Source: Octopus bimaculoides
Taxonomy: Eukaryota
Assembly: GCF_001194135.2 (NCBI RefSeq)
Contig: NC_068981.1
Location: forward strand, 134,076,715-134,140,714
DNA length: 64,000 nucleotides
Reading direction: 5' to 3'
A program made the position numbers and the translations under genes. The notes under the pieces were generated by a model. It saw only the letters and a list, made by a program, of their open reading frames with translations, did not search any database and was not told the DNA's origin. This document shows positions 52,225 to 64,000 of this stretch, piece after piece (within the stretch, counting starts at the first letter, position 1; each line of letters starts with the position of its first letter).

Positions 52225-52632
52225 TTTATTCTTTTATTTGTTTCAGTCATTTGACTGGGGCCATGCTGCTGTACCGACTTTAGTCTAGCAAATCGACCCC
52301 AGGACTTATTTTTGTAAGCCTAGTACTTTTTCTATCTGTCTCTTTGCCGAACCGCTAGGTTACGGGCACGTAAACACACCAGCATCTGTCGTCAAGCGAT
52401 GGTGGGGAGGTAAACACAGACACAGACACAGAAATACACACACACACGCACACACATATATACGACAGGGTCCTTTCCGTTTCCGTCTAAAAAATCCACT
52501 CACGAGGCTTTAGTTGGCCCGAGGCTATAGTAGAAGACACTTGCCCAAGGTGCCATGCAGTGGGACTGAACCCAGAACCATGTGATTAGTAAGCAAGCTA
52601 CTTACCACTTACCACACAGCCACTCCTGCGCC
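52225..52632 (-). mobile_element. SINE family A, young full-length copy
   Basis: Head AGGCGCAGGAGTGGCTGTGTGGTAAG, B box, central microsatellite and 3' tail. Confidence 0.9.
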
Positions 52633-52637
52633 TATAA

Positions 52638-52941
52638 ATAGAAAAATTATTATTTCTAAATTTCTCAGTGAGAGACATTCAGAAATAGTACTCTAAAGTA
52701 AAGATTATTTGCCAACATAATGTGGCAGTTCTGGTTGGGATGTTAAACTCCCTTGTTTGAAAGTATAAGGACACAGATAGAGTGTCGTACAGCCAGTTGG
52801 AGATGAGGTTTCCTGGGGCTAAATAACAGTAATATTCATCCCAACCTGGACTACCGCATTATGTTGGCAAATAATCTTTACTTTAGAGTACTGTTACTGA
52901 ATGTCTCTTGTTGAGAGATTTAGAAATAATAATTTTTCTAT
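52638..52941. mobile_element. Fold-back derivative (~105 bp inverted arms) of the module family at 51290 and 53935
   Basis: ATAGAAAAATTATTATTTCTAAA...GGTTGGGATG mirrored by CATCCCAACC...TTTAGAAATAATAATTTTTCTAT; core shared with 54165-54260. Confidence 0.85.
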
Positions 52942-53079
52942 TAATAAAAGAATAGAACTGAAATGCTAAAACAGTGTGCAAATTATAATTTGTGACAAGT
53001 TTTCTATGTCCCAAAAAGTATTGTTTAAGGTTTTGGACCAAACTGGTACAGATATGAAGGACACATTTTCCTTTCAGAA

Positions 53080-53830
53080 GATTAACAATAGTCTTAGTAA
53101 GAAACTTTTGTCTGACACTTAGGATAGTCCCAAAGAGGACAAGAGCAGATTGAATCAGAGCTACTTCAAATTGAAGCTTTTATGAAGGCATGTTAAAAAA
53201 CTCAAGTATGAGAGTTTATGTTAATATACAGAAATTCTCAGCTTAATTTGCTACAACACTTTCAGAACTTGAAAATGAGTTTGTTGTCCCTGATCAAAAC
53301 AGGGACATATCTTTGGTTGTCATTAGTGAATTGACATTGTCAGTTGATGAACTAAAAACAAGCATTTCACATCATTCAACAGAATTACTATAATCACAAA
53401 TAACTATGAGCAACAACAATGATTGCCACACCCCAAAAAGGCTAATAGGAATAAGATCATCTACAAATAAATTATTCAATAGTTGCAAGAAGATGAATTT
53501 GTTTGCAAGTCTCTTGAGGCTGTCTTAAATCCCAGAGAAACTCTAAACTACCCCACTGAGCTGCAGTTACCAGATGTGCCACATTATAGGCTTTTGTTGA
53601 AGAAAGGATTCTCAATTCTCCTTAGGAACTTGGGTGCTCCGAGTATGTGCATTGGCCCAAGGGTGGTAATCAAAAAACTAATGATACAGCTGAATAGCAA
53701 CAATACCATCAGGATGTAATGCTGTGTGTTGTATTTATCCCAGGAGTAACAATCATCACTACCTCATTTGAATTTCGAAGACTGCAATTCACACTCAGTA
53801 TGTGTTTTTCTATATTCATTAGAATTATAG
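53080..53830 (+). mobile_element. Helitron PIF1-family helicase remnant
   Basis: LTLRIVPKRTRAD (cf. QTLPVVPRGTRAD), SMRV, NYPTE..LPDVPHYRLLLKKG..LLRNLGAPSMCIGPRVVIKKLM, VFIPGV, FEFRRLQF. Confidence 0.85.
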
Positions 53831-53934
53831 AGGCAATACATACATACATACATACATACACACATACATACATGCATGCATGCATGCATGCATGTATGCA
53901 TACATACATACATACATACATACATACATACATA

Positions 53935-54275
53935 CATCTTTACTTTAGAGTACTATTACTGAATGTCTCTCATTGAGAAATTTAGAAATAATAATTTTTC
54001 TATTTATTAGATCAGTGACTGTGTATCACTTTGAAAATTATATATTTTCGATCAGGAATTTAGCAGTGCCATCTCTAGCCAAGCAGTTATTCTGTGCTGA
54101 TGAAGAGAAATAATCCAGAAACCAAGGTATACAGATATTGCTTTGTGCTGAGTGGGGATGCTAAACTCCCTTGTTCGAAAATATAAGGAGACAGATAGTG
54201 TGTCATATTGCCAACTGGAGACAATGTTTCCTGGGGCTAAATAACAGTAACATTCATCCCAACCACGACTGCTGC
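53935..54275 (+). mobile_element. HHR-bearing repeat module, preceded by the tail of another unit; bounded by (CATA)n
   Basis: 53935-54002 matches the right arm of 52638-52941; 54003-54275 is the reverse complement of 51290-51570. Confidence 0.8.
54091..54135 (+). ncRNA. Minimal type I hammerhead-like motif (weak stem II)
   Basis: TCTGTG-CTGATGA-AGAGAAATAATCCA-GAAAC-CAAG-GT-A-TACAGA. 6-bp stem I, canonical core, GUA triplet; stem II poorly paired. Confidence 0.55.
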
Positions 54276-55657
54276 ATACATACACACATGCATACATACA
54301 TACATACATACATACATACATACATACAAACATATATACATGTATGCATATGTGTTTGTGCATTTATACATGTATATGTGTATATGCCTGTTTATGGATG
54401 CATATGGAGATCTGATAATATAACTAAAGTTAAAGAATAAAGAATAAGACCAAACACAAAAAAAAAAAAAATTCAACAATTTATTCAAAAATGATGAATC
54501 TACATTATAACAAAGGGAAATATCTACACTAAAGATGAACAACCATGGATAAAACCAAAACCAATGAAACGAACTTTTCAAAAATGAAGAACCAACATTA
54601 TATCTCAAAACAAGTATGTGCACCAAAAGCATAACACAGGATGAAGCTACAACAATTTAAGCAAAAAAAAGTAACAAAAATTCTAATAAAAGAAAATAGC
54701 CATAAAATATGATAAAAATAGAATATAAATAAAAATCAACATAAAAAAATGCGAGAAAAGATGAAGAAATTATGAACTGAGAGTGTAACAAAACAAGATA
54801 TCATGAAATATGAAGACCATTTCTGCAGAATATGATGAAAAATGTAGAAAATCAAAGATGAACATCTAAGAATGTCGTTAATCATAAAACAAAAAAAAAA
54901 CTAAGACTGTAACCAATAATGAAGAACTAAAAACTGCAGAGGAAGATGAAGAATTAAGAAGATAATCAAAGATGTTGAACTAAGGATATAATCAATGTTG
55001 AAAAACTATGTAACCAAAGATTAATAAATAAGAATATTGTTACAGATTAAGGAATAACAATGTAAACAAAGATTAAGAAGAAAAGTTAGAACCAAAAATA
55101 CAACATAAAGAACCTAGAATATAACTAAAGAGAGAAAAAAAAAAAAGACAGTATACACTCAAAGATGAAGAATAATGCACCCAAAGATAAGGAACCAACA
55201 TTTTATAAGAAAGGAAATTAAAATCAAAGTACAAAATGCAAGAAGGAAACCAAAGAACAGAGTCTACAAATGGAACTAAAAAAGCAGCAGACACAAAAAA
55301 GATGATGAAATATGAAGACAACAAAACATGTCCAAAGATGAAGGCAACCACAGAAGATAACCAAAGAAGAATGCCTTTTAAAGATTAAAAAAATATTCAG
55401 AAATAAACAATGGTAACAACTATGGCAAAATAATGTTACAAATGAAGTTCCAAGATTATAACCAAGGAATGCAATGACTATAACTAGACATGATGAATTA
55501 TGAATATAACCAAAATGTGATGGACCCATAATTTTCAACAAGGTCAAAGATCCAAGAGTACAAACAAGGACAAACACCTTATAATACAATAATTTAATCA
55601 TTGATAAAGAACTATGAATATAAGGGAAAATAAAGGGCTAACAATAAAGCCAAATAT

Positions 55658-56025
55658 AACAAGAGCATTCAGAGAGTGCAAACCTCCGCCAAGGCAACAC
55701 CAATGTCCTCTCAATGATTAACCAGAGATGATTTTTAAAATGAGAATATCTGAAATAAACTTGACTGCTCTCACAAACAAGAATACTAAAAATAAACCTA
55801 ACTGCTCTCAAAAATTAAGTAAAAAAAAAAACAGAAAAATAATCTGGAATCGTTGTCTGGTACCAGATCAATCCCAACATCTAATTAGTTTGTGCTAGTC
55901 ACAAGGCCAAACATCCCCGAAAGTTTCATCTGAATCCATTCAGTGGTTCTTGAGATACTTATCCACAGACAAACAAACAAACACAACTGAAAACAATACC
56001 TCCACCTTCACTAAGGCAGAGGTAA
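55658..56025 (-). mobile_element. DINE-1/HINE-like (Helentron-associated) non-autonomous element
   Basis: Minus strand shows a 5' hairpin TTACCTCTGCCTT-AGTG-AAGGTGGAGGTA, a (GTTT)n microsatellite, a subterminal inverted repeat CCTTGGCGGAGGT, a short stem-loop GCACTCTCTGAATGC and the end CTTGTT. Confidence 0.6.
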
Positions 56026-56189
56026 TTAACAAAACAAAACAAAAATAAATGAAGAATCATCGTTATAATAAAAAATTAAGAAGTGAGTATATGAGTATAT
56101 TACTAAAGATGAAGAAGAAAGATAAAAGATTTTAACTGAAGACAAGAAACTTAAGATCAAAACAAAAGAAGATAACTTTAAAGTAAGAT

Positions 56190-56355
56190 CTGGCACGGTT
56201 GTGCAGCTAAGGAACTTGCTTTGCAACCATGTGGTTTGGGGTTCAGTCCCTATGTGTGGCACCTTGAGCAAACATCTTCTGTTATAGCCCCTTGTCAATC
56301 AATTCTTTGTGAGTGAATTTGGTGGATGGAAACTATGTAGAATCCTGTCGTGTGT

Positions 56356-56394
<39 letters not shown>

Positions 56395-56645
56395 TTTTTG
56401 TGTGTGTGTGTATGTGCGTTTTTGTGTGTGTGTGTGTGTTTGTCTTGGTGTCTGTGATTGTTCTGCCCTGTGCTTGACAACCAGTGTGGGTTTGCTTACA
56501 TTCCAGTAACTTAGCAGTTCAGCAAAATAGACTGCTAGAACAAGTACTAGACTCGTAAAATAAGTATTGGGGGTAATGTGTTTCACTAAAACCCTTCAAG
56601 GCGATGCCCCAGCATGGCTGCAGTCCAATGACTGAAACAAAATAA
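56190..56645 (+). mobile_element. SINE family A, full length, decayed
   Basis: Head, central microsatellite and tail CCAGCATGGCTGCAGTCCAATGACTGAAAC. Confidence 0.85.
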
Positions 56646-57588
56646 AATATAGAAGTAGAAGAAACAAAAAGAAGAAAAAAATCTGAGCCCCAGTTGGAGC
56701 AACAACAAGGAGCAGGCAAAGAAAAAGATGCTCATAAATGATGACAACCAAAGTTGACAAAATATGACAACAACAGGTCACAAAAGAAGACTAATGTGAT
56801 TAATGACATAACAACGCTCAAACAATGACGACAGCAAAAGAAGAATTTAATTCAAAGGAAAATAAACCAAAGAGAAAAGAATTTAACTAAACAGAAGAAA
56901 CAAATAATGAAGACTATCACAAAGAATAAATAATATAACTAAAGGTATATAACTAAGAATATAATTACAGGTGAAGAACTAGTCATATAACCAAATGTGA
57001 ATAACGAAAAATATAAACAAATATAACATAGTCGAAGAACTAATTATATAACCAAATATAAAGTACTAAATATCTAACCAAGGAAGGAGAGCCAATGATA
57101 TAAAATGATATAAAGAAGGAAAAAAACAAAGAAGAAAACAAAACAGCAACTGATGTATATAACAAGGATGACCAAAGAATATAACCAAAAATGAAGACGC
57201 AATACTTTTTAACAAAGATGAAGAGCAAAGACAATTAAGAAAGATGAACCAGTAACGCTATAACCAAAGAGAAAGAAGCAGGAATATATGAGAACATGAA
57301 TAGAAAAAAGATGAAAAAACAATGGCTGTAAATATGAAATTATATATTAAAAAAATGTACCAAAGGTGATGATACATGAATTTAAACATAAATGATGAAC
57401 CGAGATTATGATGAAAGAACAAGGTAACACAAATGTAGAGCCAAACATTGGAGAAAACGAAAATAAAAAAGTACAAGCCTAAAACAAAACCAAAGAAGGA
57501 ATCATATAGAATGAATGCTGAACCTAGAACACACACACACACACATGCATGCATGCACACACACATACATTATGTCCTAGGTATGACT

Positions 57589-57815
57589 TTAACTCTTTAA
57601 TATTTAAACAGGCCACATCCAGGCCAAATATTCTACCTGTTTTATGTACAAACTGGCCAGATCTGGCCTCTCACACCATCCTTACAATATACTTCTAAAC
57701 ATAAATATTTACCACATCAAAATCTCAAAGCTACAAGATAATGCATAATCAATTCAAAACACATGAATAAATAAGCATTACACTAGACAGAATAATGTGA
57801 ACACTAAAGGGTTAA
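57589..57815. mobile_element. piggyBac-type MITE (opposite orientation to 13890 and 32855)
   Basis: TTAA-CTCTTTAA ... CTAAAGGG-TTAA. Confidence 0.8.
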
Positions 57816-58756
57816 ACTGCATCCAGTTGTGGAGCTCTGGTTCGAGAGTTCCAGGGTTTTGAGAAGTGTGAAACCATGTCTTAGTCACTATTGTTCCCAG
57901 GTCTTATTCTGACCTGGAGTAGTAGCACCTGTGACGGTCCCAGCCGTGGGTTAACTAGCATGTGTGATGACAATCCATCTGAGCTTGTAGACACAGATAT
58001 ACCCTTGGTTAGAATCAGGGCATGCAGTAAAACCACCGGGAATGAGGGATCCCTAAATGTTGCCACATCACAGCATCCTTCTAGGAGATGGACACTCTGA
58101 TGTAAAACCTGTGGTTTCACATGATGACTGGTCATCTCACTCTGGCTTGTCACCAAGTACTAAGAAGAGAAACTCAGACAGTAATACTCGTGTTGTACAA
58201 GCATTTATCACTATAATCCAATAATGTACAGATGTCTCTTTATGGTGACCTCATTTGTCATTTCATCTACTGAAAGTCCTAAGGTGATGGAAGAGTGGTG
58301 ACATGTGCAGACCTAATCAGCTGGAAGTGTACAGTAAATTACAACTTTCATCTGTCATCTATACTTCCAACCATGCAGTGGGACTGAATTTTTATCTGAA
58401 GGGTCATGGATAGAAAATCAGTAAAGCCATTGACTAGACAACACAAGAATATGGCCATATATATATATATATATATATAAATAGGTTAGGCATGGCTGTG
58501 TGGTAAAGAAGTTCGCTTTGCAAAGGCAAGCTTGTAGTACACTGTACAAGCTTGTCAGATTAATGTACTTTCAGAGCAATAAACTTATAGTAGCTCACAT
58601 TTAAATCCTGTATTCAGAAAATTACATATATACATACATACATAAATATGTATGTACTGCATATGTATATACATACATAACATACATACATACATACATA
58701 GATGCATACATACGTACATACATATATATATGTGTGTGTGTTTGTGTTTGTGTGTG

Positions 58757-59050
58757 CCAAAATATTTGAGAGACCTGCAAGACATGGATGCGGAGGTCTT
58801 CAAGACAAAACTTGATGCTTTCCTCTCCACGATACCAGACGAACCAATAGCTCGAAATGAGACACAGTTTAGGGCAGCAATGTCAAATTCTCTTATACAC
58901 CAGATGTGCCATCAAAACTCTTGATTGGACTATATCAGGTGGAGGAGAAGAGCCATGCAAGGAACGTGAAGAGAGCACAGCATAAAGACGGAAAATCATG
59001 GTGGTGCTCCAGCATGACCGCAGCCACTTGGCTGAAACCCATAAAAAAAA
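58757..59050 (+). mobile_element. CR1/L2-group LINE 3' end with 3' UTR and A tail
   Basis: KYLRDLQDMDAEVFKTKLDAFLSTIPDEP...QFRAAMSNSLIHQ (typical FK..LD.FL C-terminus), then GGTGCTCCAGCATGACCGCAGCCACTTGGCTGAAAC and an A-run. Confidence 0.75.
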
Positions 59051-59079
59051 ATATATATATATATATACACACATACATA

Positions 59080-59910
59080 TATGCATGACTCTACTGCAAT
59101 GTATCATCAGACGAAAGGATGGGCCTATATGAGCAGACTATGCATGGATATGTTAGTAGAAAGCTCTGAAATGATAGTAATATCAACCACCAAAGCAGTT
59201 TATCATGGACCAATAGCTGGATTGCTACCTCCCACTTTGAAGGGTATGTGTTTGAAATCCAGAAACAGGAGATATCAACCAAGTACCTGATGCACAAAAG
59301 GGATAGAGATGCAAGAAAAGTAGTAAAATGTGACAACCGATGTAGACTTTGTGGAGTTAATACCGAAGATATCACCCACACCATAAGCAGTTGTTTGAAA
59401 ATGTCATCACGGTATTATCTACCGATGAGACATCATGTTATAGCTAAGACATTCTATAATGAAATCCATTGGAAGGATAACCCCGAGGACAAAGAAATAA
59501 GAACTCACAGTATGGTAGAAGCCATCTGCAGTTACTCTATCCAGATTACAAATTCAGATTTATACCTGTAATTATTGGGGCTCTGGGATATGTAACACAC
59601 TGCCTAAACACCAATCTTGAGAAATTAGGCTTCCCAAAACCAGAAAGGAGAAAGCTAATTCGAAGACTACAGATCCAATCCATCACTGGAACTGTAAAAA
59701 TCTGTAAAACTTTAAATATACATGAGCATGTCTACATATGCAGCTATATGCATGAGAATACATACATGAAGCAAAACATACAAATCTGCACATATACATA
59801 CATACATACAAGCAAAAATACCTTGTTGTTGATGTTGAAATTCTAGTGAATCTAGGTTAGAAACCGGCTCTTTCTCTATTGGCAAGAAATCTTGAAATAA
59901 AATTGAACAA
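59080..59910 (+). mobile_element. R4/Dong-like (RLE) non-LTR retrotransposon 3' end with internal deletion
   Basis: QEISTKYL, CRLCGVNTEDITHTISSC (CCHC knuckle), RHHVIAK, then PDYKFRFIPVIIGALG...GTVKICKT; PD-(D/E)xK segment missing. Confidence 0.85.
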
Positions 59911-59939
59911 TGACATGCATATATATATATATAAAACTA

Positions 59940-60400
59940 TTACTTTTCACTAGAAGATAAATAAGCCAAAATGAAGATTCATAACCAAGGACAAAATTGT
60001 ATCTAAACAATCAAAAATATAATTGCAGCTGAAGACAAAAATGAAGTGCAAAATGCAAAATCAAAATTCAAATACTAAATACAACAGGTCAAAGATTAGC
60101 AGCAATGAATATCTATCCAAAGATGAAGAAACAATGGTTGCAAAGAAAGATGAACAACCAATGATATAACTGAAGATGTAAAGCCAAGAATTCAGCCAAA
60201 GATGAAGATCTAAGAATAAAAGCAAATAATGGGGACTGGATGAAAAATCAACAATATAACAAAAATAAAGAAATAAGTAGATATATCCAAAACTGAAGAA
60301 ACAAAAATATCACCATGTATAAAGACATAGGAGTTCAATCAAAACTGAATAATCAAGATTTATAACAAACGACTAACTTAAGGCTAAACAACAACAATAG
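59940..60400 (+). repeat. Second block of the A-rich CCAAAGATGAAG degenerate repeat
   Basis: Same motif and strand skew as 54400-57530. Confidence 0.6.
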
Positions 60401-61144
60401 TATATTGTACATATCTCAAATCAATTTGTTTTCAGTCTAGACTTCCTTCCAGTTGCACAACGCATTAGAAAGAGAAAGAGAGAGGGGGAGGGAGGGGGAT
60501 CGTACAAAGAAAAATAGACACTGAAACTGGACAATAAAACGGACTTAAAACAGAGTGATAGACATAAGGAGAACTGGAAGCAAAAATGGAAGAAAAAGGG
60601 TTAGTGGCAAAGTGTCTGGTTGCATACAAAATATATTAATGTTAATAGAGTATGTGTGGGATAGAGGGAGATTAAATAAATGGTAAGTTATTGAAAAATA
60701 AATGTGGTATGTGATGCAAGCATGCATGCATACATACATACATACCACACTTGCTGTAATACATCTCTAATTCAACAGGAAAATATATTAATGTATTTTC
60801 TCATTAAATATTTACTAATGGTCAAACACCTGATTGTGTTGTATTCGTCAACCCCCAAAACCTATTTGATTCAATTTTACACATCAACTGGTAGTTTATG
60901 AATGCATGTACGATGTGCAGAACAAACGTACGAAAGTCTCCGAGTAAGAGTATGTGTCTATTATTTATTTTGAGATGAGTGAGTTGTTAACTAATTTGTT
61001 AAGTATTTCACTTGATGACTGCAAGCTCCATCACTATCACAGCGAAGGACAGTCTAAGGTAGCATTCACACACACACGTATGTACGTATATGTATTTATA
61101 CATACATAAATATATATGTATTTATACATACATAAATTCATACA

Positions 61145-61192
<48 letters not shown>

Positions 61193-62089
61193 CTGCGTGT
61201 ATGTGTGTGTGTGTCAGTATGTATGTGTGGGTGTTTTAATATTAGAGCCGGTAGTCTATGTGCTTTAAATTAAGAAGTATAAAATAGATGTAATTACTTT
61301 AAATCCATGTTTGTTAAACGTCGTCAGTAAACTAATTAGAACGTCGATATCATTTTTAATTGTTGCAATAATAAATAAACAACAACAGCAATTACGTCTA
61401 CAATAACATCGACTACTACTGCTACTACTACTACTACTATCACCGCCAACACAATCACTACTAGCGCCAACACCATCACTATCACTATTGTAACCAATAT
61501 TCACCAGTAAACGTGGAGATATAGCAGAGAGGACTGGTGTTTTTCTTTCTCGTCATTTAATATATATTTACAACCGATGTGTTCTTCCCCTGTCGAGACA
61601 GCAAAGATATCAAAACAGGTAACAAAAACCCAACAAAACACCTACAAATAACGATACAATTCTAGCTACCTTTAACGTGCAATGTACACACATGTGTATA
61701 CATGAACGTGTGTCTGTGTATGTATATGTATGAAGCTCATTTATTTATTCATATTATGTAAATTATCTCTATGTAAATTAAATGACATTCAATAATTTTT
61801 GTATATGCAAACACTACACACAAACAGTATACATATTTTAATATCAATTTTGTTACATCTATCTATTTATCTATCTATCTATCTATCTATCATGAGTGTG
61901 TGTAAGAATTTGTTTGTATTATATTTCTCTTTGTATAACGGGACTGTATATTAACATTTCCTGTAAAATAATTTACAATAGATCTATTGTATATTTAAGA
62001 TGATATGTGATGAGGCTTGGCAAATTGGTGGGAAGGGTGTCTTTTCGATTTATAATATTTTAAGTGATAATCTTTATCCACTGAATCTG

Positions 62090-62139
<50 letters not shown>

Positions 62140-62299
62140 TCTGTAATGTATATAAAATAAATTTGCTTTGCTGTTTTAAAGCAGACGAGCCTCAAAATAG
62201 AAGCAACTAAATACAAGAAGCAAGCATCTATTTATCTTTTCGTTTTCTTAGGAGTTTTTATGTAAGTCGCGCTTTGATTGTTGACGTTGGAGATAATTT

Positions 62300-62740
62300 A
62301 TTTACTAATGATATAATTTCGCCAAACTCTCTGTCAGAAGAAATTTACCTGAAGCAGTCAGTGTCTTTTATTGGTAAGGCTAATGTTACAAATAAACAGA
62401 ATTCTACCAATATACTCAGATGTACTCTTATTAATTAAGACTTAGTCTTATTAATTAATTACCTCTTATCCGGCACCAGTAGAAGAAACTTGTGTCCGCT
62501 TATTTTTTTTTTCCTCACTGAACACTCGAGTTTCTTCCTATAATCCTTACATATTTTCTCTTTTCTTAAGGCAATAAGACCTATTGAAAAAGCTGACGTA
62601 GTTTATAATTATTGTTAAAAAATTAACTTCAACAAATTATCTACATTGTTATACGACAGTTATTGGTTTGTGGGGATATTCTGTAATGTAATCCTTACCA
62701 ACCGCAAGGAAATGGCTACACGGAAACCGTTATGGTAAAC
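62300..62740. promoter_or_regulatory. Candidate divergent promoter region
   Basis: CpG-retaining DNA from about 60.9 kb onward; TTTCGCCAAA (62317-62326); CCAAT/ATTGG at 62370, 62407 and 62662. Minus-strand donor CAG|GTAAAT at 62349; plus-strand AAATGGCT start (62712, MATRKPL) with donor ATG|GTAAAC after 62734. Confidence 0.35.
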
Positions 62741-64000
62741 AACCAACATATAAACAGCACATGGTTATTATGAAACCTTCAACAAAGTAGAATCTCTTCG
62801 CTCCATGCCTGTCATGTTATATTTTGCTTGACTGTTCTTTATTTCTTGTTTTAAATCGATCGCACTTATTGTGTCTCTCGTGTGTGTATGTGTAACTTAT
62901 CAACACATTTGTTGTTCGTACGTGTCAGTAGGTTTATTGTTTGTACTCGGTGTGTCTATGTGTGAAAAATAAACTGCATGTCTCATCACATCTGTAATGT
63001 TACAAGCAACTATTGCTTTTAAATATTTTAACTATGTTGTTGTTGACCCCCAAGCGAGTCCGGATCGAACAGATGAAGGATGTTCCTTCCGTGAAATCCC
63101 CGTTCCTCTCCCCCCAGACATAATATATCAAGGATTTTTTTATTTCAATGCGTTTTGATTTTTTTTAAAGATTACAGGGTTTGATTTCATGGAATTTTAG
63201 CTGCTATTTCTAGTAGAGCGTAGGATGTTGCTGTAATTAATAATGAAAATGTACTTCAATATACACATTACCACAAAACAGATACGCTCAAGTATGCACT
63301 TACATGTCTACGCACACGCACGATGAAATAATTCAAGCATTCCTCGAAGGGAACTACAGTCGAGTAAATTAGTCAACAATTATCGATTCTGTGTCTTAGC
63401 TGGAAAAATGATAAATTTTGTTTCTTGAGGGTCACTAATTAAGCAGACAACCCTATGACAAAGTGACTTTATATTTATTGCACTACATTGTTTAATGTAA
63501 ATTACCAAGACTATTTAGCAAGCATATCTCAACATGCTACTACACTTAACTATATAAATTAGATAGTATTTATTCACAGCTCACAATACTGGACCTCCCT
63601 TGTCATTGTCGACTATTATTTCGAAATATATTCGATAAATATACTCAACCGTTTCCTGGCGAGATTGCTTAGCGCGCAGAGATTTCCAAGTGATCTCCAT
63701 ATATTTCCCCTAAACCTAATCTCTGTTAGATTACAACATTCTCCCACAAAAGATATTTACTTTTCCTTTCCATATTTAACTCCTATTTTCTGTCTCTCAT
63801 CCCATTTAATTTCACATAATCAACTAATATTACATTTAAATTTTCGATAACTTAGTTTCTTAATTTATATTAGTCGTCGCCATAGTAATTTAGATAAGGT
63901 TATCAAATAACCTCAGACCGATTAGATAATCTAAAATCCTCACGTAGATAGGTATAGATATATTAATTAGCCGAGATAACATTGTTTTAGCCGTCCTCAT

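Larger units (their letters stand above)
54400..57530 (+). repeat. Cryptic A/purine-rich degenerate tandem repeat (ATAACCAAAGATGAAGAA-like motif), interrupted by younger elements
   Basis: Motif variants recur throughout; very strong A-over-T strand skew. Confidence 0.7.

Overview
AT-rich eukaryotic genomic DNA from a gapped draft assembly (11 N-runs, nearly all bounded by microsatellites). The repeat landscape looks like an octopod cephalopod (Octopus); this is inferred from recalled SINE families and microsatellite density, not from a search. Most of the window is intron-like or intergenic DNA filled with decayed mobile elements: four tRNA-head or LINE-tail SINE families (labelled A-D here); Penelope-like retroelement (PLE) fragments with RT and GIY-YIG motifs; R4/Dong-, RTE- and CR1/L2-type LINE ends; Tc1/mariner elements; hAT, piggyBac and mariner MITEs; a Helitron helicase remnant; and a DINE/HINE-like element. 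Most ORF-track entries are microsatellite or gap artefacts. A chain of phase-compatible GT-AG exons suggests an unidentified host gene on the minus strand, and a CpG-retaining, promoter-like region lies near 62.3-62.7 kb. The most notable signal is a set of hammerhead ribozyme (HHR) motifs. Two have canonical cores, a palindromic ACACGTGT stem III and an unusually long stem II insertion (12992-13096, 30618-30712). Several more HHR-like motifs sit in short PLE-terminus-like repeats. Canonical cores occur only on the strand opposite the putative host transcript. No rRNA, bona fide tRNA gene or CRISPR array is supported.
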